From the NCBI GenBank assembly GCA_022360695.1, contig JAKSCH010000456.1, positions 1-42,236 of the forward strand: a stretch of DNA of 42,236 bases. The letters run 5' to 3'. The notes beneath the pieces were generated by a model. That model worked only from the letters and a program-made list of their open reading frames with translations. It had not been told where the DNA came from and searched no databases. The number at the start of each line of letters is the position of its first letter. Position 1 is the stretch's first letter. The position numbers and the translations under genes were made by a program. This DNA comes from Gemmatimonadota bacterium (lineage in GTDB: Bacteria; Gemmatimonadota; Gemmatimonadetes; Palauibacterales; Palauibacteraceae). Positions 15,907 to 24,653 of the stretch are shown piece by piece.

Positions 15907-17160
15907 TTGACTACGAGCGATCGAGCGCAGAGCTGCCTGATCCCCGAAGCCGCGGAGCGGGAGGGGAACGACCCCATCTTCGCGCTCCACGGTGAGGCGG
16001 TACGTCGGATCCAGTCGGGTGAGGCGATCCTCAACAGCACGTTGGGCGCGCTGATGGACGACGACGGGCGTCTCGCCGTCATGCCTTCGGTGTCCGAGGC
16101 GATAGACCGGGTTCCTCGTGAAGCCGCGGCGGGATACGCGCCCATCGCGGGCGACCCGGCGTACGTCCGCGCCGTGATCGACGACCTCTACGGGGGGACG
16201 AGCTTCGCCGGAGATGCGGTGGCCGTGGCGACGCCGGGCAGCACCGGCGCGATCCACCACGCCGTGCTCAACTTCCTGGAACCGGGTCAGGCCGCGCTGA
16301 CGCCGAGCTACTTCTGGGGTCCGTACGACACGATCTCGACCCACGCCCGTCGAGCGGTCGAGACGTTCAACATGTTCGATGCCGAGACGCGTCTCGATCT
16401 CGACGCGTTCGCCGACGCGCTCGGCGGTCAGCTCGATGGTCAAGGTCGCGCGCTCGTGTTGTTCAACTTTCCGTGCAACAACCCGACCGGCTACTCGCTC
16501 GACGATGCCGAGTGGGCCGCCGTCGCCGACATCGTGCGCGACGCCGGGAAGCGGGGACCCGTCGCGTTTCTGCTCGATCACGCATACGCGAAGTTCGGGG
16601 ACGAGGAGTCGAACCGCTGGGTCGATCACGTGCCGACGATGCTCGAGACGGCGACGGTGCTCGTCGGCTGGACGGTGTCGAAGTCGTACGCCCAGTACGG
16701 CGCCCGCGTAGGGGCGCTCGTGGCGCTCCACGCCGATCGCTCGGAGCGCGAGCGAATCGCGAGCGCGCTCAGCTTCTCGTGTCGAGCGACCTGGTCGAAC
16801 TGCAACCACCTGGGGCTCCTGACGACCGCGGAGCTGCTCACCGATCCGGAGCTCCGCGAGCGCTCGGTGCGGGATCGCGCTCGGATGATCGAGCTGTTGG
16901 ACCAACGCGTGGGCGTGTTCAACGAGCTGGCGGCCGACGCCGGTCTCGAGTATCCGCGCTACGAAGGCGGGTTCTTCGTCGCGGTGTTCACCGATGACGG
17001 GGAGGCGACGGCCGCGGCTATGCGGGAGACGGGCGTGTACGTGGTGCCCATGGAAGGCGCCGTTCGAGCGGCCCTGTGCGCGACGCCCGTCGCGCAGGTC
17101 CCCCGGCTCGTCGACGCGCTCGCCGAGGGGGTGATGGCGGCCCGCGGAGCGACGGTATGA
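15907..17160 (+). CDS. class I pyridoxal-phosphate aminotransferase (aspartate/aromatic type)
   Basis: GYAPIAGDPAYV, FNFPCNNPTGYS and WTVSKSYAQYGARVGAL (PLP-lysine SKS..YG.R.G) are AspC/TyrB-like. Confidence 0.9.
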   Translation: MTTSDRAQSCLIPEAAEREGNDPIFALHGEAVRRIQSGEAILNSTLGALMDDDGRLAVMPSVSEAIDRVPREAAAGYAPIAGDPAYVRAVIDDLYGGTSFAGDAVAVATPGSTGAIHHAVLNFLEPGQAALTPSYFWGPYDTISTHARRAVETFNMFDAETRLDLDAFADALGGQLDGQGRALVLFNFPCNNPTGYSLDDAEWAAVADIVRDAGKRGPVAFLLDHAYAKFGDEESNRWVDHVPTMLETATVLVGWTVSKSYAQYGARVGALVALHADRSERERIASALSFSCRATWSNCNHLGLLTTAELLTDPELRERSVRDRARMIELLDQRVGVFNELAADAGLEYPRYEGGFFVAVFTDDGEATAAAMRETGVYVVPMEGAVRAALCATPVAQVPRLVDALAEGVMAARGATV

Positions 17161-17675
17161 CCTCGGCCGGGTCGCGCCTGTCGATCGGCTTGATGCTCTC
17201 CGCGCTCGCCGCCTGCGCGACCGACGTGCCGCTCACGGACGCCGAGAAGCTCGCCCGCGTTCGGACGATGGCGGACGATCTGGTCGAGCGGTTCCCGACC
17301 GTCGAGACCATCGACGTCGAGGAGGTGGGTCGACTGCTCGAGTCGGACGATGTCGTGTTGATCGATGTCCGCCCCGAGGACGAGCGCGCGGTGTCCGCGA
17401 TCCCGGGCGCGATCACGGCGGAGGAATACGAGTCGAACGTCGCCCGCTACGCGGACGTCACGGCCGTCGCGTACTGTACGATCGGGCACCGGAGCTCCGA
17501 GTACGCGGAACGACAGGCGGTCGCCGGCCGTCGTGTGCTCAACCTCCGCGGAAGCATCCTCGCCTGGACGCACGCGGGAGGCCCGCTGGTAACCGCGTCG
17601 GGGCCGACGATGCGACTCCACGTGTACGGCTCGGAGTGGGATCTCGCGCCCGAGCGGTACCAGACGATCTGGTGA
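17157..17675 (+). CDS. rhodanese-domain lipoprotein
   Basis: The ATG overlaps the upstream stop (ATGA). Lipobox LSALAAC. VLIDVRPEDE...IPGA and the active-site loop YCTIGHRS (CxxxxR[ST]) are present. Confidence 0.8.
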   Translation: MTSAGSRLSIGLMLSALAACATDVPLTDAEKLARVRTMADDLVERFPTVETIDVEEVGRLLESDDVVLIDVRPEDERAVSAIPGAITAEEYESNVARYADVTAVAYCTIGHRSSEYAERQAVAGRRVLNLRGSILAWTHAGGPLVTASGPTMRLHVYGSEWDLAPERYQTIW

Positions 17676-17729
17676 CCTCGAGCTCCGGCGACTCTTCCGT
17701 GATCGCCGGGCGGCCGCTCGGAGCGACGA

Positions 17730-19274
17730 TCAGGGGACCATGGAAACGCCGGACGTCCGATCGATGAAGCCGGCCAGCGTCTCACGCCACTGCGGCAACA
17801 AGCTCTCTTCCACGTACATCATGTGACCGGCGGCGAAGTCCGCCCGCTCGATGTTGTCTCGCAGATCCGGCGGCAGTCCCATGTGGTCCATCGTCCACGA
17901 CGCCGCGAAGTACGGCGTCGCCAGGTCGTAGAGACCGTTGATCAGCAACACCTCGAGCCTCGGGTTTCGTCGAAGCGCGGCCGCCAGGTCCGGGGCGACG
18001 TTCGGGATCCCGGGCAGCCCGAACCCGACGTTGTTTCCGCGGTCCCAGTTCCAAGGCCGCGCCATCCCGCTGGGCACGTACTCGCGCCCACCGTCGTATC
18101 CGAGCTCCTGCCGCACGTACGCGTTGAAGACCGATGTGTACGCGGAGCTGATCGCGGTGGACTGGGCGTCGTGGCCGGGCGTCGTATCGAGGAGATCACC
18201 GGTGGGCCCACTGAACCGCGCGTCGAGCCGGCCCAGGGTGAGCCCCCGGTCACGGAGAATCTCCTTCTCGTACTCCGGCGCCGTGACCCGAAGATCCGCC
18301 CGATCGATGAAGTCCCGATCGAGCCCCGTATAACGGTGCATGTCTTCGAGAATCCGCTGGCGACGCGCGGGGTCGATCGCGCCGCCCGCGAGCAACGCCG
18401 TCGCGTAGTCGGTGAGCGCCCACGTCTCGACCTCCGCCATGAACGCTTCCAGGTCGGCGGGCCGACCACCCGGTAGCACGTCGTGGTACGCGGATGTGAT
18501 GGCGTAGGAGGGCAGGTTCACGATGTATGGAAGATCGGCGCCATCGGGGAAGAGGATCGTGTTGAAATCCAGGACCGCCGAAACGAGCACGATGCCGTTC
18601 AGGTCGATGTTCGCGCGCTGAAGGTGGAGCGCGAGCACGGCGGACCGCGTCGTGCCGTAGCTCTCGCCGAGGAGATAACGGGGCGAGTTCCATCGTTGGT
18701 TCTCGCTCAGGAAACGTCGGATGAACTGCGTCAGCGAGGCGGCATCTTCATCGAGCCCCCAGAAGTCGGTCCCCTCGGCATCGCCGACCGGTCGGCTGAA
18801 CCCCGTACCGATGGGGTCGACCATCACGATGTCCGCCTTGTCGAGCACCGTGAACGGGTTGTCGACCAAGGGATACGGAGGCGGCGCCTGCTGCCCGACG
18901 TTCGGCGTGACGACGCGGCGGGGTCCCATGATCCCCATGTGAAGCCAAAACGAGGCGGAGCCCGGTCCACCGTTGTACGCGAAGACGAGCGGTCGGTCGG
19001 CCGTGGGTCGGCCGTTCGTACGGAAGTAGGCCGTATAGAACAACTCGCCGGCCGCGTTCTCATCGTCGTCCGTGAGGGTGATGCTCCCGACCACGGCCTC
19101 GTAGGCGATGGTCGCGCCATCCACGATGATCGAGTGCCGGCTCGACCACCGCCCCGGCTCCTGCGCCGCGGCCGGCGTCTCTTCGCCACTCGTCTGCCCC
19201 AAAACGACCATCGGCCAGAAGAGCGCGATCGCCGCCACCCCAAGGCCACGGGCCGCGTGAAGACGTGTGTTCAT
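17730..19274 (-). CDS. exported serine carboxypeptidase (peptidase family S10)
   Basis: GGAGGA lies upstream of the ATG at 19274. Signal peptide present. FAYNGGPGSASFWLHMG and YLLGESYGT (catalytic Ser) are S10 hallmarks. The longer track ORF N-terminus is Arg-rich junk. Confidence 0.9.
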   Translation of the reverse strand: MNTRLHAARGLGVAAIALFWPMVVLGQTSGEETPAAAQEPGRWSSRHSIIVDGATIAYEAVVGSITLTDDDENAAGELFYTAYFRTNGRPTADRPLVFAYNGGPGSASFWLHMGIMGPRRVVTPNVGQQAPPPYPLVDNPFTVLDKADIVMVDPIGTGFSRPVGDAEGTDFWGLDEDAASLTQFIRRFLSENQRWNSPRYLLGESYGTTRSAVLALHLQRANIDLNGIVLVSAVLDFNTILFPDGADLPYIVNLPSYAITSAYHDVLPGGRPADLEAFMAEVETWALTDYATALLAGGAIDPARRQRILEDMHRYTGLDRDFIDRADLRVTAPEYEKEILRDRGLTLGRLDARFSGPTGDLLDTTPGHDAQSTAISSAYTSVFNAYVRQELGYDGGREYVPSGMARPWNWDRGNNVGFGLPGIPNVAPDLAAALRRNPRLEVLLINGLYDLATPYFAASWTMDHMGLPPDLRDNIERADFAAGHMMYVEESLLPQWRETLAGFIDRTSGVSMVP

Positions 19275-19879
19275 GTTTCCTCCAGAGACCAGGCGACACC
19301 GGCGGGACCGGCGTTCACGATCGGAGTGTCGCCGTCGATCGAGCGCTCCTCCCAGGAAGCGTGGATGTGTCCGCAAACGACGAGGCGAGGGTGGCGCGTG
19401 CGGATCGTCTCGAGGAGCGCGGTGCTCCCGTGGCTCGTGCCCGATCCGTCTCGGTCGACATGGCCGCGCGGCGGCGAATGCGAGACGAGCACGGCGTCCT
19501 CGGGACAAGCCTCGAGTAGCGCGCCCGCGGCCGACTCGGTCAGGTCGTAGCTCCAGTCGCCGAACGGCGTGACGGGGACCGCGCCCCCGAGCCCGAAGAA
19601 CGCGACGCCGTCGATCTCGATCGCCTCACCGTGGAGCACATGCGCGCCGGACCAACCGCGCGTCGCGTCGCGAAGCTCCTCGGGAGACTCCCCGTTGCCC
19701 GCGACCAGCACCGTCGGGCGGTCGATGTCCGACAGCACATCGATGACCTCCTGCAAACCCCGACGCATCACCGCGAAATCACCCGCGCCGACCACGACGT
19801 CGACGCCTGCCGCGCGCTCGACGATCGATCTCGCGGCGTCGAGGTCGCGGTGGAGGTCGGAGACGAGGAGGAGCTCCAT
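19271..19879 (-). CDS. calcineurin-like metallophosphoesterase
   Basis: LLVSDLH, VGAGDF, VAGNGE, VSHSPP and VCGHIH are the canonical metallophosphoesterase motifs. There is a 4-nt overlap (ATGA) with the downstream S10 gene. Confidence 0.85.
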   Translation of the reverse strand: MELLLVSDLHRDLDAARSIVERAAGVDVVVGAGDFAVMRRGLQEVIDVLSDIDRPTVLVAGNGESPEELRDATRGWSGAHVLHGEAIEIDGVAFFGLGGAVPVTPFGDWSYDLTESAAGALLEACPEDAVLVSHSPPRGHVDRDGSGTSHGSTALLETIRTRHPRLVVCGHIHASWEERSIDGDTPIVNAGPAGVAWSLEET

Positions 19880-19882
19880 GCC

Positions 19883-20794
19883 CTAATCGAGGTCGGTCCG
19901 ACCCGCGGCGGCGCGACCCGCGCTCAGCGCCTCCGGCTGCGTGACGATGATCACGCGGAAGCCCTGCCCGAGCCGCTCGGCGATGTCGTCGACGCCCGCG
20001 GTGATTCCGCAGGGCACATCCGCTTCCGTACACGCGGCGAGGACGGTTTGAATCGCCGCTTCGACGGCTTCCATGTCGCCGTCGTAGGCCCGTCGTAGGT
20101 CTCCGGGGCCCGCGAACACGACGCTCACGCCCTCGGTCCCGGCGATGGCGCCGACGTTCTCCACGCCGATCCGGTCCTCGACGATCAACATGTTGACGTG
20201 GGCCCCGTCGGGACGGGTCGGCCAGCCGCTCGCGCCGATCGCGCTCACGGCCACGGCGGCGTCGGTGGCGGACTCGACGTGCGGGAAGACGATCCCGGCG
20301 ACGCCCGCCGCGAGCGCGTCGGCCGTTCGCGAGCGAGCCTCTCCCTCGCCGTCGCGGATCGGCGGGATGCGGAGCATCAACGGTCGTGCTCCTCGATCGC
20401 CCGCGGCCTCCGTCATCGCGTCGGCATACGCACCCATCGCAGGCAGGTCGAAGGGTCCGGATTCGAGCGAGTAGAACACGAAGTCCGTCTCGCGAACCTC
20501 CGCCATCGCGGCGCCGGACTCCGGCGTGTGGTCACCGGAGAAGATGCCGAACACCGGCTGTCCGTCCCGAAGCAGCGCGACGATCCTCGCGTCGGGGCTC
20601 TCGACGCGGGTCGCGTCCTCCACATCCTCCTCGCCTCCTCCGGAGTCCGACGCTTCCTCCGCACAGCTCGCGAGAGCGAGGGCGCATGCGACGGCGATCG
20701 CACGGGTGCGTGCGGCCGGACCGAGGGTCGTCCGCGTCCTGGTGGAGACGGGGAATCGTCCGGGCTTCGGTGGGTGACTCGAACTCATCGCCAT
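19883..20794 (-). CDS. HpcH/HpaI aldolase / citrate-lyase-beta-like fold protein with lipoprotein signal
   Basis: Lipobox ALALASC. GIVFPHVESATDAAVAV and MLIVEDRIGVENVGAIAGTEGVSVVFAGPGDL resemble the HpcH/HpaI family core. The call is made from memory. Confidence 0.65.
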   Translation of the reverse strand: MAMSSSHPPKPGRFPVSTRTRTTLGPAARTRAIAVACALALASCAEEASDSGGGEEDVEDATRVESPDARIVALLRDGQPVFGIFSGDHTPESGAAMAEVRETDFVFYSLESGPFDLPAMGAYADAMTEAAGDRGARPLMLRIPPIRDGEGEARSRTADALAAGVAGIVFPHVESATDAAVAVSAIGASGWPTRPDGAHVNMLIVEDRIGVENVGAIAGTEGVSVVFAGPGDLRRAYDGDMEAVEAAIQTVLAACTEADVPCGITAGVDDIAERLGQGFRVIIVTQPEALSAGRAAAGRTDLD

Positions 20795-20961
20795 GTCCCT
20801 TTCTCTTCCGGTCTCGCTCGCTCTCCTCGGGCTCGGCTACGTTACGGATCACGAAGGGGGTCACGCCATGACGACTCGAAGGGACTTCCGGCCGACGTTT
20901 CGGCCGGGCACGCGTTCGGCGGGGCGGCGCGCGTCGAGACGTCGTTGGACGTTCGAGATGG

Positions 20962-22002
20962 CTAGACGTTGAACCGTACGTGGAGGATGTCGCCGTCCGA
21001 GACCACGTAGTCCTTGCCTTCGACCTGAAGTAGTCCCGCCTCCTTCACCGCGGTCTCGGAGCCGTGCGCGACGAACGTCGCGTACGGAATGACCTCGGCC
21101 CGGATGAAGCCCCGCTCGAGATCCGTGTGGATGCGACCGGCGGCGGCGCGCGCCCGGGTGCCGCGCCGGATCGTCCAGGCCCGCACCTCGTCGGGTCCCA
21201 CGGTGAAGAACGAGATCAAGTCCAGGAGCGCGTACGCCGCCCGGATGAAGCGAGCGAGGGCCGACTCCTCGATCCCGAGGTCGTCGAGAAACGCCGCCTG
21301 GTCCTCGGGCTCGAGATCCGCGATCTCGGACTCGACCCGGGCGGACAAGGCCAAACCGCCGGCCCCCTGACGAGTCAGTCGCTCGGCCATCGTCTCGGGA
21401 ACGCCATCCGCCGCGCGTTCCTCGGCGCGGTTGAGCACGACGAGCAAGGGTCGATCGGTGAGGAGGCCGTACCCCTTGAAGAAGCCGCGATCCAGCTCGT
21501 CCTCGGTCAACAGGCGGAGCGGGCGCTCGGACTCGAGGGCGACCAGCGCCTTCTCGAACGCCGTGATCTCGACGGGATCGGCTCCTTCTTTCCGCGCGCG
21601 ATCCAGACGCCGCTCGACGATCTCGAGATCGGCGAACGCGCACTCCGCGGCGAACGCGTCCAGATCGCCCGCGGGATCGGCGGACTCCGCCAGCGCCGGG
21701 TTCTCGAAATCGCGCAGAACCAAGCACAGCGCCTCCTGGTCGCGGATCTGCTGGAGCGCGCGCGGGGAGAGACCCTTCTTGTCGGCCCCGTGCTCCCCGG
21801 GGATGTCGCAGAACCGCATCTCCGCGTACGTCGTCTTCCTGGGCGCGAACACACCGCTCAGATGGTCGATCCGCGCGTCGGGTACCTTCACGGTCCCGAG
21901 CCGAAGCTCACCGCCGAAGCCGACCGGCACGTCGAGCCCGGTCATGGCGTTGAACACCGTCGTCTTCCCGGAGCCGGCAAAGCCGACCAATCCGATCTTC
22001 AT
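20962..22002 (-). CDS. ychF: redox-regulated ribosome-binding ATPase YchF/OLA1 family
   Basis: P-loop MKIGLVGFAGSGKTTVFNAMTG. The C-terminal TGS-like end IHTDLERGFIRAEVIPY...EGKDYVVSDGDILHVRFNV is highly characteristic of YchF. Confidence 0.9.
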   Translation of the reverse strand: MKIGLVGFAGSGKTTVFNAMTGLDVPVGFGGELRLGTVKVPDARIDHLSGVFAPRKTTYAEMRFCDIPGEHGADKKGLSPRALQQIRDQEALCLVLRDFENPALAESADPAGDLDAFAAECAFADLEIVERRLDRARKEGADPVEITAFEKALVALESERPLRLLTEDELDRGFFKGYGLLTDRPLLVVLNRAEERAADGVPETMAERLTRQGAGGLALSARVESEIADLEPEDQAAFLDDLGIEESALARFIRAAYALLDLISFFTVGPDEVRAWTIRRGTRARAAAGRIHTDLERGFIRAEVIPYATFVAHGSETAVKEAGLLQVEGKDYVVSDGDILHVRFNV

Positions 22003-22124
22003 GGTTTCCCCGTGCACCCCTGGGCGAAGTTCGCGGCGGCGGCAAGCTACGCGGAGTGGCGGGCCACTGGAATGCATCGGAGTTTCGGGTCGAAACGCGC
22101 CCATCTCTGACAGGAGTCCGTCTG

Positions 22125-22511
22125 TTGCGCATCTCGATCCCCGTGTCGGTCGGCGAGCTGTTCGATCGGATCTCGATCCTTCGCATCAAGTCCGAGCGGA
22201 TCTCCGACCCGGAGAAGCTCGTCAACGTGCGCGAGGAGCTCGAGCAGCTCGAGAGGATCGTGGAGCGCGACCTCCGCGCCACCTCCGAGTCCGAGGAGCT
22301 GGAGAGGCGACTGACCGAGGTGAACACGAGCCTGTGGGAAGTCGAAGATGAGATCCGCGAGCTCGAGGCCGCCTCGGACTTCGGGGCCGCCTTCGTGCGG
22401 GCCGCGCGGAGCGTCTATCGGCTCAACGACGAGCGCCACGCCTTGAAGCGCGCGCTCAGCGTGGTCTACGGCTCCGAGATCGTCGAAGAGAAGTCGTACG
22501 CCGGGTCCTAG
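22125..22511 (+). CDS. DUF6165-like small protein
   Basis: SVGELFDRISILRIKSERI...LWEVEDEIRELE...RSVYRLNDERHALKRALSVVYGSEIVEEKSY matches my recollection of the DUF6165 family. The start is probably the TTG at 22125, preceded by CAGGAG. The track ORF opens at 22056. Confidence 0.7.
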   Translation: MRISIPVSVGELFDRISILRIKSERISDPEKLVNVREELEQLERIVERDLRATSESEELERRLTEVNTSLWEVEDEIRELEAASDFGAAFVRAARSVYRLNDERHALKRALSVVYGSEIVEEKSYAGS

Positions 22512-22777
22512 CGACCGACGCCACTCGACGGCGCGAATGTGTGGTCCGTCCGCACCGTTTCGGGCCGCCCACAGGCGCCGGCGACGACCGTGGGAAACCG
22601 CGCAACTGACCGCTCGACGTCCGGTTAGGCCCGCCCACCCCCGGCCGGCCCCAAAGCGCATGGAGCTTGCGACGACACACGGCCTTCGCGAGCGGGAATC
22701 GCGCACGGAGGGCCGGCGACCGATCGACTCGTCGCGTCGGCTCATCCCCGGGGCGCACCCCACCAGGAGGAGCGGTA

Positions 22778-23218
22778 ATGGATTCCAAGATCAAGAGCCT
22801 CAAGGGCATGGCCCTCACTCTCGCGATGGGCGCGGGCGTGACCGCGGGTTGCGCTTTCAGCGATCCGGATCGCCGAGAGCTCTCCGATGAGGTGGCGGTC
22901 GGGGTCGACGGGACGGCTGCCGAGATGTCCTCCCCGGAGCGGGTCGCGATCACCACGATCGAGGCGGTGCGTGGGAACCTGACCGAAGTTCGCGCGATCC
23001 TGGCGGACGCGAGGGGTGAGATCGCCAAGGGCGTGGCGGCGGATCTCATCGCCTTCGGTACCGACCTCGATGCGGCGGAGCAGCTGCTTCATCGGGCCGA
23101 CGACGCGCTGTTCGAGGGCGACTTCCCGGGCGCCGACAGCTTGGCCGTATCGGCCGCGGAGGCGGTCGGCGCCGTTCGAATCGCTCTCGAAGGGACGGGT
23201 ACGACCGATTCGCAATAG
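22778..23218 (+). CDS. hypothetical lipoprotein (Ala/Asp/Glu-rich, probably helical)
   Basis: AGGAGGAG lies upstream of the ATG at 22778. Lipobox AGVTAGC. Confidence 0.65.
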   Translation: MDSKIKSLKGMALTLAMGAGVTAGCAFSDPDRRELSDEVAVGVDGTAAEMSSPERVAITTIEAVRGNLTEVRAILADARGEIAKGVAADLIAFGTDLDAAEQLLHRADDALFEGDFPGADSLAVSAAEAVGAVRIALEGTGTTDSQ

Positions 23219-23315
23219 TACGGCGGGGTATCGGACCCGTCGGGTCGGTTCCGGCTACCACGGGAAGGCTCCTCGGCGGACCGGACGCACCCTCCTGCTG
23301 CTGGGGTGGCTCGCC

Positions 23316-24458
23316 GTGAACGTCGGAGTCATCCTCGTGGTAACGGGCGGCGGGTACGCATTCTCCGAGATCCGGCAGGTCACGGGACTCGAGACCGCGA
23401 CGTTGGATCTCGGCGAGCCGGAGACCCGACCCTACGTGGTCGTCGACCGCAACAACAACCAGCTCCTCGTCCGCGACGGATCCGAGGTCCTGATCCAGGC
23501 GACGGTCTCGACGGGATCGGGCGACATCCTGCGAGAGACGAGCGGTCAAAAGCGCTCTTGGACGTTCGACACTCCGGCGGGTCACCACCGCGTGCTCTCG
23601 AAACGGCGCGATCCGGTCTGGACCCGTCCCGACTGGGCCTTCATAGAAGCCGGTCTCCCGGTGCCGGCGGATCCCGACGAGCGAAGGGTGCCGGATGCGC
23701 TCGGCGCGTACGCGCTCGACCTGGGCGACGGGTACATGATCCACGGCGCGGTATACGAGCGACTACTCGGTCGAAGCACCACGCACGGCTGCGTCCGGGC
23801 CGGTCGAGATGATCTCGAAGAGATCTTCAAGGCCGTGCCCGCGGGCGCGTCGGTCTACGTGTTCCCCGAGTCGAAACCGATCGGTGAGGGCAACCCCTAC
23901 ACGGTCGCGGTGGATCTCGGTCTCAGGACGGTGACCCTGTACCACGGTGCGGCGGAGCTCCGCAGCTTCCGCGCGGAGGAGATCGAGCGGGGAGACCTCC
24001 GGTTGCCGGTGATGCGCGGGGCGCTGTTGGATGCGACGACGCCGCGCTCGTGGGAGATCGCTCGAGTGTCGCCGGCTCGCGTGCGCGCGCGTCGCGAGGT
24101 GCTCCAGCCCGAGGTCGAGCAGACGCCGGACCCCGCGGGGGCGGTGGCGTACGTCCCACCGACCCCCGATGCGGCGATGCCGCCGCCGCCCGCCTTCAAG
24201 CTGGCATCCGAAGATGGTCTCGCGATCATCGTGCAACCCACGGGACGCGAGGGGGTCGACGACGGGGTCGGCGCGTACCTCGGCTCGTGGGTCACGCGTC
24301 TGCTCCCCGATCGGGGCGAGCGGGCGAGGTTGAGGCTTCGGATGTCGTCGCGGGAAGCCGGGGAGCTCTACCGGGCGTTGCCCCCGACGGCACGCGTCGT
24401 CGTGACGCGCACCATACCCGATGCGACCCCGGATCGGGTCGCCGCCGCCGCCGGCTAG
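23316..24458 (+). CDS. L,D-transpeptidase (YkuD domain) with uncharacterised C-terminal extension
   Basis: YMIHGAVYERLLGRSTTHGCVRAG is the YkuD catalytic H..SHGC[IV]R motif. The start is unresolved. The frame is open from 23016, and the first canonical start after the upstream gene is the GTG at 23316, inside the apparent signal anchor. Confidence 0.8.
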   Translation: MNVGVILVVTGGGYAFSEIRQVTGLETATLDLGEPETRPYVVVDRNNNQLLVRDGSEVLIQATVSTGSGDILRETSGQKRSWTFDTPAGHHRVLSKRRDPVWTRPDWAFIEAGLPVPADPDERRVPDALGAYALDLGDGYMIHGAVYERLLGRSTTHGCVRAGRDDLEEIFKAVPAGASVYVFPESKPIGEGNPYTVAVDLGLRTVTLYHGAAELRSFRAEEIERGDLRLPVMRGALLDATTPRSWEIARVSPARVRARREVLQPEVEQTPDPAGAVAYVPPTPDAAMPPPPAFKLASEDGLAIIVQPTGREGVDDGVGAYLGSWVTRLLPDRGERARLRLRMSSREAGELYRALPPTARVVVTRTIPDATPDRVAAAAG

Positions 24459-24653
24459 CTCACGCCGGATAGACCGCGCCGGGGCCCCCGGGTGGGTCGG
24501 CCGCCGCCTTCTCGCGGGCGCTGGCCCACTCGTCTCGAAACGTCGTATTTTCGAACGGTCGACTCGCGTCTCGAGCGACGCGACGCGTTCGACCGGAGCC
24601 TCCGAAACCGGCTTCCGGCCGCGAGTCGGAGTCCGAGACATGGGGTGCGTACC

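Noticed and set aside
19877-19885. In-frame stop between the HpcH-like gene and the metallophosphoesterase gene (same frame, one codon apart); considered as a recoding or fusion event
   Set aside because: The stop is TAG, not TGA. The downstream gene starts with its own ATG and a complete N-terminal metallophosphoesterase motif. The two domains are unrelated, so the shared frame is coincidental.
22512-22777. Longest intergenic region (266 nt); checked for tRNA-like, riboswitch-like or small-ORF content
   Set aside because: No T-arm or anticodon-like features and no riboswitch core motif were seen. There are only generic GC-rich imperfect hairpins. The overlapping ORF 22537-22890 is Arg-rich junk. 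It is probably a promoter or 5' leader of the lipoprotein/L,D-transpeptidase operon, but I cannot support a specific element.
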